Counted from the stretch's first letter, positions 50,512-63,334 are shown. The stretch is DNA of 64,000 bases from Mustelus asterias (GCF_964213995.1 NC_135812.1:62496001-62560000), one strand, 5' to 3'. The notes: a model not told the origin generated them from the letters alone. Numbers and translations: made by a program.

Positions 50512-50720
50512 CGCCTAGTTCTTGTCCCCCCATAAGAGGAACATCCTCCCACTATTCACCCTATCAAATCTCCCAGGGATCTTGTATGTTTCAATAAGGT
50601 TCCTGCTCATTCTTCTAAACTTTAATGGGTACAGGCCCAAACTTTCTTCATAAAATAAGTTCCTCACCCCAGGAATGAGTCAAGTGAAACATCTCCCAAC
50701 CATTTCTAATACAATTATGT
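50512..50720 (-). mobile_element. CR1 3' fragment
   Basis: GATCTTGTATGTTTCAATAAGGTTCCTGCTCATTCTTCTAAAC. Confidence 0.65.
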
Positions 50721-50739
50721 AAGTAGAAAACTTCTGTAG

Positions 50740-51170
50740 ATACTCTATCCTGACTCCCACTGTAGTCTCAGAACTGCAAGTTCCACAATCTTTTGTAGAT
50801 GACCTGAAGGTAAACGACAGCAACAGAGAAGAATATACCAAAGGGTGCCGGCACCAGAATGTAATGCTGTTTGACCCCACTGTGGATCTCAAAGAGTTCT
50901 GATGTTGTCATGTCATACCTGACCTTATGCATCATGTTGTCATGAAAAGAAGTGATCACACCGAGCAGCTTTACTGGAAGCAATTTTCTTTGGTAGCTTA
51001 AAAAGGCTGCCTCTCCTGATATGGTTAAATGCCCTGGTGAAATCGATGAAGACAATATATTGTAATCTCCTCTGTTTATGGTATTTCTCTTGCAGCTGCT
51101 AAACTAAGATGATCATGTCAATTGTGGAATTTGCAGTTCTGAGACCACAGTGGGAGTTGGGAGAGAGTAT
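50740..51170 (-). mobile_element. RTE-clade RT fragment bounded by 50 bp inverted repeats
   Basis: Minus strand SHCGLRTANSTIDMI..QLQEK and SFHDNM..FEIHSGVKQHYILVPAPFGIFF. Confidence 0.75.
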
Positions 51171-51329
51171 AGAATAATAAGGAAGCTAATGAAGGACAGA
51201 ATCTAAAAATTGAAAGGGTAAAGTATCAATGAGTTGTAAGGTTCATTTGTATATGTAATCAAGTTTCATAGCTAGGCACAGTGTGCCAGGAAATGATGAA
51301 ACAGGCTCGCCTGAAACACTCCATCAAAC

Positions 51330-51960
51330 GAAGCAAGATGGAGTATAAAACATTAGTGGTATAAAGTTTGCAGGAGAGAAAAAGGAGAAAAATTGGAGAC
51401 GTGAATATACTAATTAAAGACAACTTTTGATGGTGGCCAGACAAAGTTTGTCTAGGATCTGTTGTCATATTTGGAGTTCATGATCAGACTTGTGGGTGAC
51501 ACAGAAAGATGACAGTACTTGCAAGGTGGCAATGATGGGAGACTTCAACAGCCCCAAGTAAAATGCAGTACAAGAAAAAAACCTTCCAAAATAGGAAAGG
51601 GTTCTAAAAACACATTCAGGAATGCTTCCATGAATTATGCTGCATGTCCAACAAGGGTGCAGTGCTGGATCTGACTTGAAGAATGATCAGCACACTGAAC
51701 GTAATAGTCATCATAACCTAAATTTGGTTCACATTGAAAACAGAAAAAAAAACAGGAATCAAATACAAAGGTTGGTCTGGAAATTAGCCAGTTTCAGTCG
51801 GATGAAAGGGAACCTAGCCAAGATTAATTGGGTGGAAAAAAAAAGGCAGAAAAACAGTGGGAGATATTCAAAGATGAGTTGGATAAGATTAATTACATGC
51901 TGACTAGGAATAAACTAACTACATCAAAGGCAGGAGCTCCATGGATAGACAGAAGTTAGA
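51330..51960 (+). mobile_element. Very degenerate CR1 endonuclease region
   Basis: ATGATGGGAGACTTCAAC (MGDFN), GTGCTGGATCTG (VLDL). Confidence 0.5.
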
Positions 51961-52342
51961 GCAAATTAAATTTTAAGAGGGTGGGAGTTAGAAGTCTGGA
52001 AGATCACTTGGTTACCCTGTCATAAAAAAGTGTTTGTGAATGATTTTCCTTTGTCTTAGGACATTTTCCTGTATTAAAAAACACCATATAAACAAATTGT
52101 TCTGTAAAGTTTGACAGAGATAAAATTGTTTAAAAAAATTAATGTTTCAAACGCACCTTCTCACTAACCAAAAGGACAAATGAACTATTCCTAGGCCTCT
52201 GGTGGTTCTTTCTGAAATTACTTACATGGAGATATGCCAGACTACTTGCGACAACTCTTTCCCTCCCTCCGTGACTTCCACTTGGTGCCTTCCTATGACA
52301 ATGTAGGTGGGAAACAGAGCCTTCCAATGACAAAGAGAACAA

Positions 52343-52461
52343 GGTGTGGAGATGCCAGCGTTGGACTGGGGTGGGCACAGTAAAAAGTATCACAACACCA
52401 GGTTAAAGTCCAACAGATGTATTTGGTAGCACCAGCTTTCAGAGCGCTGCCCCTTCATCAG
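52343..52461 (-). mobile_element. Short Penelope-like element end beginning at the hammerhead CUGAUGA
   Basis: Minus strand CTGATGA-AGGGGCAGCGCTCT-GAAA-GC-TG-GTG..CATCTCCACA. AGAGAACAA occurs on both sides (52334-52342, 52460-52468). Confidence 0.82.
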
Positions 52462-52778
52462 AGAACAAAGAACAATACAGCACAGGAACAGGTCCTTCAG
52501 CCGACCAAGCCTGTGCTGATACAGTTTCTACCCCTCTGTTCGCCTCCTGTTCACGTGTCTATCAAGATACACCTTGAACGTTGCTAACATGCCTGCTTCC
52601 ACCTCCATTGGCACTGCGCTCCAGGCACCCACCATCCTCTGTGAGAAAAGCTTTCCCTACACGTCTCTCCTAAACTTACCATCTCTCACCTTAAACCTGT
52701 GCCCTCTTGCAGTCAACCCTTCTACCCTGGATAAAAGCCTCTGACTATCCACCCTATCTACGCTCTATCTCTCATAAC
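52462..52778 (-). mobile_element. CR1 3' end
   Basis: GAACAAAGAACAATACAGCACAGGAACAGG tail, similar to 47983 and 63340. Confidence 0.8.
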
Positions 52779-54161
52779 AACAGGGCAAGAGTAAAAGACT
52801 GCAGAGCATGAGCTAATGTCTCATCACCTTCAATGGTTTTACCATCAAACGACAAGAATGCCTTCATAAGATTTCTTAAACAACCAAAAACATATTTGTT
52901 TAAACTGTGGCAAGTGTAATGTGAGAAATTTAGTATTGAAACAATTGAAAAAGTCATCATCGTGATTCATCACACTTAAACATCTCACAGTTAATCTTGG
53001 TTTTAATCATATCATAAATCGCAGCATGCAAGTTGACCTTAAATTCTTCCAAAACCAGGGGTCGACTTATATGTAGAGTATAAAATGTGTTGGTGTAGGT
53101 GCCATTTTGAACTGTGACACGAAAATAATACTGGTAATTCATATTAAATGAATGCATTACTTTTTGAATTAATTCTATAGGGATAATTTTAACTACAATC
53201 GTAATGATTTAAAAACAATTAAATTAATCATCTTCGACATCTGACACAAAAAAGCATATACTGAATCACTTTAGCTACAGCATCTTTATAAGAATCCCAC
53301 TCTGGAACAGATGTGGCGCTTTTGGCTTCATAATCATCCCTCCACAACAAATCATCTTCCTCTCCAGCCATTGGATTAGATATTTCGCATTTTTAAAAAA
53401 TGATCTGATGACAGTTTGTGCATCAATAACATTCCACAATTTGATGACAAACCACTCTTTCAAAATTCAAATTTTGCAGATTGACAACTTTGTAACCAAA
53501 TCAATTGGTGAAACTGCAATGCAACTAACAGAGCTACTAATAAAGCATGTGCACACCAGATGCCTCACAGCTGGACAGCACCTGGATCAGCAGACTCTTC
53601 TGCACCACCTGAATACTTACCAGATTGAGCTTTCCACATCACCCTAAATAAAGCCCTCCATCACTGCCATGTGTTTCTCACCAGTCTAAGAAACAGCCAA
53701 TATAGTTAATAATACACTGATTCAAGTGCATTGCAATCTGCAATACATCAATACAATTGAAAACTGCAGCGTAGGCACTTCAGGAGACTGGGTGAAAGGA
53801 AAACCTCTTTCCTGTCTCGTGCTGCAGGACTGATGTTTGTCTTAATATCAGCCTTTGGACACTTGGGCATCACCCTACACTTCATAATGTAGGAGTAGGA
53901 CATAAGCATGCTGGACCTGGTGCCAGGTAATAAATATTTGAGATATTTTTTCATATTACTTTTGAAGTATAGTATTATTGCTCCCTATAACAGCTGCAAT
54001 TAATGCCAATTACAAAGGAAAATGCTAATTTATTAATCACAGAAGTTTACCATGATACTGTACTTTTGGAAGGAAAATGAACATGTAGGGTTAAACCAAG
54101 AGGGTACAACCAAGATCTGAGCTTGGGGTGACCCAGTCAAACCCATTTATCTTGTACTTAC

Positions 54162-54279
54162 TCGTGCTGTTTGCATATTTCATCAAGATCTGCATTTACG
54201 TTGCTGCTTTGTGATTTTCGTATCCTTTCCAGTTCACGGTCAAGTTCTAGGCGGTGTGCATTCTTCATCGCTTCAATAG
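54162..54279 (-). CDS. MPRIP: MPRIP-family exon (AIEAMKNAHRLELDRELERIRKSQSSNVNADLDEICKQH)
   Basis: tttttgtaaag|CT ... CACGA|gtaagt, 118 nt, phase 1 to 2. Confidence 0.92.
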
Positions 54280-56921
54280 CTTTACAAAAAAAATCAGAAA
54301 CACCAATTTCAAAACTACAGGCAGAAAAATACAAGAGAAAACATCAAGAACACAAAACAGTAAATAATCACTGCCTTTCCCAGCAGGTGGCAGCAGTCCA
54401 CATCAAGAAGCTCAATAATCCCAGAGCGGTAATGCAGATTCCCCGTACTTATGTGGTTTGAACGTCTTATCTGTAGGTAGAAGTTGAAGAAATTGGTTTC
54501 TTCAACCAAGCCACTCATTTTTCAAATGCCAGACTTGCACCAAAGGTGTCCATATCAGCCTTTTTCTTAGGATATTATAAATCTCTACACCAACTTCAGC
54601 TTAATGCCCCAGTGTAGGTAACATCCAAGTAGAAAAGGCAAGTTAAAGCTTAAGTTTGAAAAAGCCGTAGGCTGTAGGGGAAGGCAAGACTACAGAGGCA
54701 AAGAATTTCAGTTTTCAAGTCCTAGTTAGAGAATGTGGCAAGTGACAATGCTTACTTACATTGGTGACATGTGAAAAGGAGACCAGAAATCTCCATGCAT
54801 CTTTTCAGTGTTTAGCAGCATTTTGAATGTTCCTGTTGCAGGGAAAGGGGCACTTACATTGTGTTTCTGGTATTCATGCACAATATCTTTGAAAACCAGG
54901 ATTAATAGTGCCTTTTAAGTTGCAGAAGTTTCCTTATTTATATGTTTTTGTTGGCAAAAGCAGTGAGTACTGATTCTAACAGTACAAGATCAATGTAAAA
55001 TCACCTATACATACACAACAATATGTCCCACTCCCAATGGAAACATCGTAAATACATTCAGTTTTTAAGAAACATCTGCGCTTTACCCATTTCCCACATC
55101 CACAGGACTTTTGCTCATTTCCCTCTTGTGTCCCTAGTGTTTACTGGTAACAGGCCCCATGTGCAGACCAAACAGGACGGACTCACTTGTTTAAACTTCA
55201 AGAGGAGTTGACTGTTTAAAGTTTTACCACAGTAATTACAAAATGCACAGTGAAGACAAATAAATTCAATGAATGAAGACAACTTTCTTTTTTTCCCCTG
55301 AATACCTACACGCCACAGGACAAATCATCATGCCAGCTGTAAAAACAGAGATGTCAAAGATTTCCAAAAACAGAGCCTTTAGTGTAAAGTGCATGCCTGT
55401 TTGATACGATTGATTTCAATCTGATCTTACTCATGCCCCAATGTGAAAAGGTATATTTTTAGTTAAATTAAACACTGATGTAGTACAGTTTCACTTAGGA
55501 ACAAAACCAGCAATTCCCTGAGGTTATCCAAGAAGAAATAGAGCTGAATTTAGTTGAAAATAGCAGCAATAGGTGGTTTTCAATGACATTTAATTTTGTA
55601 AAATCTTACTCAAGAGCAAAGTGTTAACACTTTTTACAAGCTCAATTCTGAAGGACAGAGAAAAAGGCCCATGGGGGTAAACAAAGGCGATCCATTTATG
55701 ATTTCACTGGTGGAATCTTCCCACATTTGTTTATGTCACAGCATATAAAGACTAAAGGAAATCATTTCCATGGAGGTTACAGTGCTGAAAGCTCACCAGG
55801 GAAATGTGGTTACAGAATCTAAGCCAAATGGCTGAACTTTATTGGAACTAAACTCAGCATTACGTTTTCAAAACAAAGGCAGAGTTCCACATCTGCAGCT
55901 ACACCTCATCATTACAATCTTACAGGCTCCAGCAAACTACATCTCATGGAGAAGTGAACTCACCCATTCCCCATGATAAAGTTTCCATCGGGATCCAAGA
56001 TAAGTTCCTTTAAATGAACCAAGACGTTAGCGCCAATGATGATACTTTTTTTTCAATTATCGTTTAGTTTTTTCTCTTTAATTGTACCTGAATTATATAG
56101 TTTATATGTGAATTGTTGTTGTCTCCTGATAGATAAGCTTTTCAACAAAAGCCAAGTTCAGTTTTCCAAAATGCCCAAATCATTTCATCAACAATGATTG
56201 CTTTTGTCTGCATTAAAATACGGTACCAATTTGCATTTGAAGGGTGAAAAGTATAGTTGCTTTTTTGTCTTACAACAGATCAGTACATTTAATTACTGCC
56301 CATAGCAGCATAAACTATTTTTTCTTTAGAAAAATGTTGCTAGTTTACGTCATTACAGCTGTAGTTTGTCAGTCAAAAACATTTTCCTGCCCTTCTAATA
56401 TCAACTCGGCAAAGCACGTACAAGCTATATCAATATGGCCCACAAAGCCTTAGCAATTCTTATTTCTTTGTGCTATATTTCCTATTTTGCTGCTTTATCC
56501 GGTTGGAGTTCTGTGGGCTGGGGATTTGGAAAAAAGTGGTGCAAACTTTGGTAGATAAACCCTACAAATTATCAGCCTGTTGGTGCAAATAACTAAAGAT
56601 GTATGCAAATTAATAAAAACATTTAGTTAAACTTCCTAAGTGATCCCTGTGGTTCATATCCAAAGGACCCATGGGGACAAAAATTTGAACACTCACAATA
56701 AGGCCTTGCTTTCCCCCATTACTGATTAAACACTGGAAAATGATGATGAAATGCTCATGAATTTTCATGGGAGTGAAGAAAATTGCGACACTATATTTAA
56801 TATATTCAAATAATGCTATTTGAGTAGGTGAGTTAAGGTTGCAGTTATGAAGTGTCCGTGTTTGGCATTTCACTTCACGCTTTGTTGGGTACTCAACCAT
56901 TATTGTGCTTCTTCCTGACAT

Positions 56922-57562
56922 TGGGGACAATGTTCCCAAAAACTTTCAAAGTGTTAAAAAATGTCTGAAAACATGAGTGTTCCTCACCGTTTTTTTTGGG
57001 TGAGTTCAGAACTGCAATCTGACACGCTGTCAGTTTTGGTTCAGGGGAGGGGAGAGGAGAGAGAGGAGGAACCTAAGTGAAGCTGTGGAATCGGCTGCAG
57101 AGCACTCGGGCGCCATTGCGCTATGATCTCCCAGTGAATCGGGAGGGCATATGCCCCCTGTCATAACCCCAACCCCACAGGCCCTATCCCCACTCAAGCC
57201 CCACCCCCTTGGCACTGCCCCAGCACACACATGGTTGCCGGGTGGCCACTGACAGGGTGCCACTGCCCAATGGGCACTGTCTGGCCATTCCCCCTGCCTA
57301 CCCGGGGACTTCAATGGCCTCCAACTCCCCCTGGTGTGGTCATGGCGCCTGAGACCACTACTGATTCTAGGGAGGCTGTAAGATGCTGTGCGGAGGAGGA
57401 AAGTTGGCTTTCAGTTATGTTAATCAGCTTCTCACCCTCTCTGGGCGCGAAGCTGATCTCGCTGGCAAAATAGGGTGTGCAAATCGTTTTTTTATCCTCC
57501 CCCACAATCTTCCCAGCTTGCCACACTGATCGACTGGCAGGGCAAGCCGGTAAGATCACCCC
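56922..57562. mobile_element. GC-rich probable non-autonomous DNA element
   Basis: Sharp GC-rich island in an AT-rich intron. Weakly inverted ends GGGGACAATGTTCC / GGTAAGATCACCCC. Internal palindromes. Confidence 0.4.
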
Positions 57563-57960
57563 TAATATGTTCCTTGTTTTTGATTGTCATTGAGACAATT
57601 TTAATAGCACTATACAAAGTGGTGAGGATTGCAATTATTTTGAAAGGTTAGAATAGCATACCATAATTGGGATGAAAATAAGCAGTTTCTCAGCAATAAC
57701 AGTGCAGGCATGTTGGGCATAATCCGTCTAAATCTATCCTTACATTGGAATCTGTATGTATTCATCACTATAATTACTTGTAAATATCCTTGTCATCATT
57801 TTACTGTAGATGATGTCAGAGTTATGCCGACTGATTTGGAGTGACCTGCAGACAAACAAGGATGGCTATTCTCATGGTAGAGCTACCACTGAATGAACTT
57901 TTAATGCCACAGTTTTCTTTTAAACCAAGAGAAATATGCCATATCAGGCATTCTGTTATA

Positions 57961-59028
57961 AGAACATAAGAACTAGGAGCAGGAATAGGCCATCTGGCCC
58001 CTCGAGCCTGCTCAGCCAATCAATAAGATCATGGCTGATCTTTTTGTGGACTCAGCTCCACTCACCCGCCTGCTCACCATAACCCTTAATTCCTTTACTG
58101 CTCAAAAATTTATCTACCCTTGCCTTAAAAACATTCAATGAGGTAGCCTCAACTGCTTCACTGGGCAGGGAATTCCACAGATTCACAACCCTTTGTGTGA
58201 AGAAGTTCCTCCTCAACTCAGTCCTAAATCTGTTTCCCCTTATTTTGAGGCTATGCCCCCAGTTCTAGTTTCACCCGTCAATGGAAACAACTTCCCTGCT
58301 TCTATCTTATCTATTCCCTTCATAATCTTATATGTTTCTATAAGGTCTCCCCTCATTCTTCTGAATTCCAATGTGTATAGCCCCAGTCTACTCAGTCTCT
58401 CCTCATAAGCCAACCCTCTCAACTCCGAAATCAACCTAGTGAATCTCCTCTGCATCCCCTCCAGTGCCAGTATATCCTTTCTCAAGTAAGGAGACCAAAA
58501 CTGTACACAGTACTCCAGGTGTGGCCTCACCAGCACCATATACAGCTGCAACATAACCTTGCTGTTTTTAAACTCCATCCCTCTAACAATAAAGGACAAA
58601 ATTCCATTTGCCTTCTTAATTACCTGCTGCACCTGCAAACCAACTCCTTGAGATTCCTGCACAAGGACACCCAGGTCCCTCTGCACAGCAGCATGCTGCA
58701 ATTTTTTACCATTTAAATTATAGTCCATTTTGCTGTTATTCCAAAATGGATGACCTCATATCTACCAACATTGTACTCCATCTGCCAGACCCTCGACCAC
58801 TCGCTTAGACTATCTATATCCCTTTGCAGACTTTCAGCGTCCTCTACACACTTTGCTCTGCCACTCATTTTAGTGTGAGCTGCGAATTTTGACACACTAC
58901 ACTTGGTCCCCAACTCCAAATCATCTATGTAAATCGTAAACAATTGCGGTCCCAACACTGATCCCTGAGGCACACCACTAGTCACTGATCACCAACCAGA
59001 AAAACACCCATTTACCCCACTCTTTGCT
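57961..59028 (-). mobile_element. Young 5'-truncated CR1 (related to the 11523 copy)
   Basis: ORFs 58240..58728 and 58713..58985 (VTSGVPQGSVLGPQLFTIYIDDL, LVRPHLEYCVQFW). Tail TTCTTATGTTCT. Confidence 0.95.
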
Positions 59029-60117
59029 TATATACTATATATAGTTATATAAATTTATCTTGAGCAAGTCAAATACCTGTTTATCATTTTCCTATGGAGA
59101 GGTGGCATAAACTATCCAGGACTATTCTAAATGACACTAAATGCTAAATTCAAATGGTTTTCATGAACAGAAAGGTCTGCATTTAACTAAGTTCAAGTGG
59201 CATCACATCACAAACATGATGACCCATGTCACTGGCTATCAAAGAAACATCCTTAATAAAATGAAAATGGATGGTGCATTATTTGAAGGAGAAAGATCAT
59301 TGGGTGGATACTGGTTAGCAGCAGAGGATTGTCCTTTGCTTCCATGGTTCTAAATCCATAATGCATCTTAGCCCATCACCTCCACCTATAATTAAATTGC
59401 AGGTGTACCTCTGGCACAATAAAAAGTACATTCAAAGACACAATGGTTGCGCACAGTGCTGCAAAAAACAAATGGTGGCAGATACTTAAATTCATGTCAT
59501 GGTGTTGAGGCTCAAGATAAATGGGAGCAAAATAAAGAGAAACTGTCACCTTTTTCCAAGATCAAACAACATTTTCATTTGAAGTCAGATACAAGAGACC
59601 TGGATGACTGCATCAACTTGGTGATATTGCTCCATGCAGCTGCCACGTGAATCTTTGTCAGATGGTGGCTTTTGGTTCAAAGTAGTGCTACCCTTCGTTG
59701 GTGCATTTATTACAGCAGGGCGTCTAAATTTTCAACTTCAAAAGTAGTAGTGTTGCCCACATGCCTCTGCTGTACCATTGTGAATAATTAACCAACTTTT
59801 AACGTCATTGCAACTTTCCCATTAATGTGGGCTAGAACCAGATTTTATGTTCCCAAACCAGTTCTAAGCTCTCTGGGCAAGCACACCTTGTGCCAGTAGT
59901 TTACTCACACTACAAAGAGGGACTCCAGCCTGAACATTTAGAGCAGCACGAGTTCAGCTCAACTGCAAAAATCAGAGCTTACGTGTTCAATTACATATCA
60001 TCGTTACCACATTCTACAGGTGACTACATTTAATCACAATCTCAAACACTGGCCCAGATCATCTGGTCTCTGGATAGTCGTACTCTGGAAGATGTGCTGG
60101 GGAGCCTTTCGGACATT

Positions 60118-60236
60118 CCCATGAACTGACTACACAGAAATTGGCCGAGATGTTTCAACTTCTGTTAGGCAATTACCCATGAACTGACTGCATGAAAATT
60201 GACTAAAAAGTTGCAACTTTTGTTTTGCAATTACCC
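60118..60236 (+). repeat. Diverged tandem duplication, ~59 bp unit
   Basis: CCCATGAACTGACT..CAACTT.TGTT..GCAATTA occurs twice. Confidence 0.75.
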
Positions 60237-61044
60237 TGCATCTGGAACTCTCAAACTGATTTAATGTTGAAGACTTTGGATGATTCTGATTCACTTGGTA
60301 GAAAGTCACCTATGAAGAATAAAAAGCAGTTCTAATGCCTAGGTGCTGGAATAGTGCTGTAAAAAGGGGTGCGGCTTGACCTCACCCAATGCTCCGACAC
60401 TATGAGGGAAAAATACCAAGAGCAGGTATGCTCCACATTTTTCAAGTGGCTCAGGTAAGAAATGTGGGACTCCACTGTAGGGTAAGTAAAAAGGAGCCGA
60501 GTGGCAATTCAATGATGATTACCATTCCTTGGAAGATTCAGCCCATTAGCTTTATTAAGACCTTTCCTTCAGAGATAATTAGAAAGCATAGACATAGAAA
60601 TCTGAGAGATGCAGATGTTAGGCAATTATACCATTAAATCTATCACAACTACAACTTGCCCCTCTCATTGTCATATGGATGGGCACAATTTATTACATAG
60701 TCTTTAAATGAGTTTAAAAATTCCAGGCTTTATAACCACCTCGAGGGGTTTGCAAGAATTTAGACATCAGGTTTTATACATTGAAAATAGAAATCAGAGT
60801 TTCAGCAAGTTTTTGAAAATCCATGTATTAGGAAATCAGTCAATTAATTTCATAATTTGGGAAAGGATGGTATGTAATGTGGCATCAATTAAGTTAAGTC
60901 ATCGGGTGTGTTAAATATGTAAACGAAAGCAAGCCATTTCAACAGTTGCCATCAAAATGTTTTCTGACTAGAATAACTTCTATCATCAACCTAGTCATTT
61001 TATTGTCTGCGTGCTCCTCCCTCTGAAGGTATTTTTCATGCAAT

Positions 61045-61155
61045 GTGCCTTAGTCAATTTGGCTTGGGTGCTGTCACTTGCTGCTCAAAGTAACAAGGCC
61101 GTGGGCTCAAGTCCCACTCCTAAGACTGGAACACAACCTGAGCTGACACTTCCCA
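61045..61155 (+). mobile_element. Degenerate SacSINE1-like tRNA-derived head
   Basis: GTGGGCTCAAGTCCCACTCC..GAACACAACCTGAGCTGACACTTCC. Confidence 0.45.
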
Positions 61156-61469
61156 CCCCTAATACCATCACATCTATCACTGGCAGCTGCCGATCTGGGG
61201 CAAACACCACTAACCATTTCCACTGATGTCAATTACAAAGACATTGCTTATAACACATTCATCCTTGACATTCTTTAGCACTCTTTGGTGGCTTAAAGAC
61301 AACATCCTCAGACGGTTTGCCTTAGAGTGGTCACTAGACCATTCATGAAAGAAATATTATCAACTTTTGCAACCTCCCTGCTTTTTAAAATATACATTGC
61401 ATTCAGTACATCCCTTCAATTACCAAAGATTTGTTGCTGGAATAACCAATAGCTAAGATGCAGTTTAAC

Positions 61470-61595
61470 CAGTCATATGGACTTAAAATGTGAACTTTGT
61501 TTCTCTCTTCACAGATGCTGCCAGACCAGTTGAGTTTTTCCAGCATTTTCTATTTTATTTCAGATCTCTAGTATCTCTAGTATTTTGCTTTTATT
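61470..61595 (+). mobile_element. Short repeat resembling the end of a second Penelope-like family
   Basis: TGTTTCTCTCTTCACAGATGCTGCCAGACCAGTTGAGTTTTTCCAGCATTTTCTATTTTATTTCAGAT, recalled as a common shark interspersed repeat. Confidence 0.5.
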
Positions 61596-61822
61596 AATAA
61601 CAAGTTGTCCGGTCTAAGTGATGGAGATTGTAATTGGCAGAAAACATTCTGTGCCCACGTTTAGAGAATATGACACATGGCAATGATAGAACAGGCATTC
61701 CCTATTGGCCTACGTGAATGCACCCAGAGGTAGGATTCTGATTATTTTAGTAGGTTCACCAACCAATTTTAATCAATAAATATACCAACCATACATTCTA
61801 CTGTCATCCATTTCTCACATAC

Positions 61823-61970
61823 CAGAGATGGTGGCAGCTGTCTCTTCAGCTAACAGTCGCTCTTTGTCTTCCTGCAGGTTCTCCAGCTCTCGTTGATGCT
61901 GTCGTTGTAGTTCTTCTATTACCTTCTGATGTGATTCTTCCATTGCAGAAAACCCACGTTCACATGTAGC
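61823..61970 (-). CDS. MPRIP: MPRIP-family exon ([49 protein letters not shown]); the gene continues beyond the window
   Basis: gttttag|GCT ... TCTG|gtatgt, 148 nt, phase 0 to 1. ATCERGF and LLAEETAAT are MPRIP/TRIOBP coiled-coil motifs. Confidence 0.94.
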
Positions 61971-63334
61971 CTAAAACATTAAGGGGAGAAGAGAAAAATA
62001 ATCATGAGAATTTTAAAATACTTAAACTGTATTGGTAGTTGTGATTTATTATGTTGACTTTTCCCCTGGCTAAAGTCCATTGGAGTTCCTTCAAAAATTT
62101 CTGAATCAGGTTTATACTGTGTGGAAAACGATTTTATATTTAGTTAACTACAAGTGTTAAATAGGATTCTTACTTTAAAAAGAACACATAATAACAAAGT
62201 GGACTAGATAATAGCAGGGGGAAGAACTGTTCCCGTGGTTACAACATCACAAATACATTCAAAACGAATGTGTTTACGAAGTTGTACACATTGCACCATT
62301 TTTCCCCACTGAATTTAAAATTTGCCCTTTCATTGCTGGGACCTGGGTTCAAATGCGGCTGAGGAGGAGATGGGTCAAACAACAGCTTTCTCTGACAGAC
62401 ACCAAAGGCTTGAGATCAATAATTTTAAATTCAGGTCTCCATTGATACGAGTTCATTCAAGAAAACTGTCACTGACTGGTCCTATAAAAACAAACATAGG
62501 GCTGTGATCTGAGCAGCTTATCACTAGACTATTACACGATGCATACCGGAGAGTCTTCCACTTCAATATCACTGGAGACGAGTCATTCAAGGTCTATTAT
62601 TTGACTACAACAGCAATGATTTAGTATTTATTGTGCAGGTGTAGTACACTTACAGGCTAACTGCAGAATGCATATGTCAGAACTGTAAGTTCCTTCAGCA
62701 GTATGCTGCTAGTCTACCTGTTTGTTTGTTTTTGCCTCTACTTTAAAGCTTTCATCACTGCTTGGTTTTTATTTTCTTCCCCTTTCCTCCACCCTTGTCT
62801 AAAAGGGCAGACTGTAACTATGGTATTATTTTACAAGGGCTGGCCACGTACTAGCAACTTGCTATTCCTGTGGTGAGTGCAGATAATTCACGTTAGCAGA
62901 CTCATCAACTGTGGAGGACATTAAAAAAAGCTTGACCCATGTCTATACATAGAGAAGGAACCTGAAGCATATTAACTCTTTCCAAGCTTAGTGATGTGGG
63001 TATCAATTGGAAAAGCCTTATTGCTGCCCATTTCCAGAGGCTGTGGTTCTGTGCTACAATGAATTAGGTCATAAAGAAACTTTGCCTGCATCTTTAAATT
63101 AAGTTCCCTTGCATTGCACCCCAGTTAAAAGAACAGTTATTTAGCTCCTTACGTTTGACAGTGTTTGCTACTAGAAAGTGCATAAAAGCAGCCATTCCCC
63201 CCTACACATTTCAGATTAAATCAAGTCACAATCTTGTGTTAAATTAAGTAAAAATGGGTGTGCGCACCCAAGTAAAATTTAGGATTCAACAATCCTTACT
63301 ACTCTGCAAACCACAAAATTCAAAGAAAAGAAAC

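Noticed and set aside
53015-53085. Tc2/mariner-like TIR remnant (GGTCGACTTATATGTAGAGTATA)
   Set aside because: Too short and degenerate to support as a feature.
24743-61970. Assignment to TRIOBP
   Set aside because: As I recall, TRIOBP ends shortly after the DKRF/DKKY exon and lacks the DIMKSKSNPD and SLKEGLT exons seen here.
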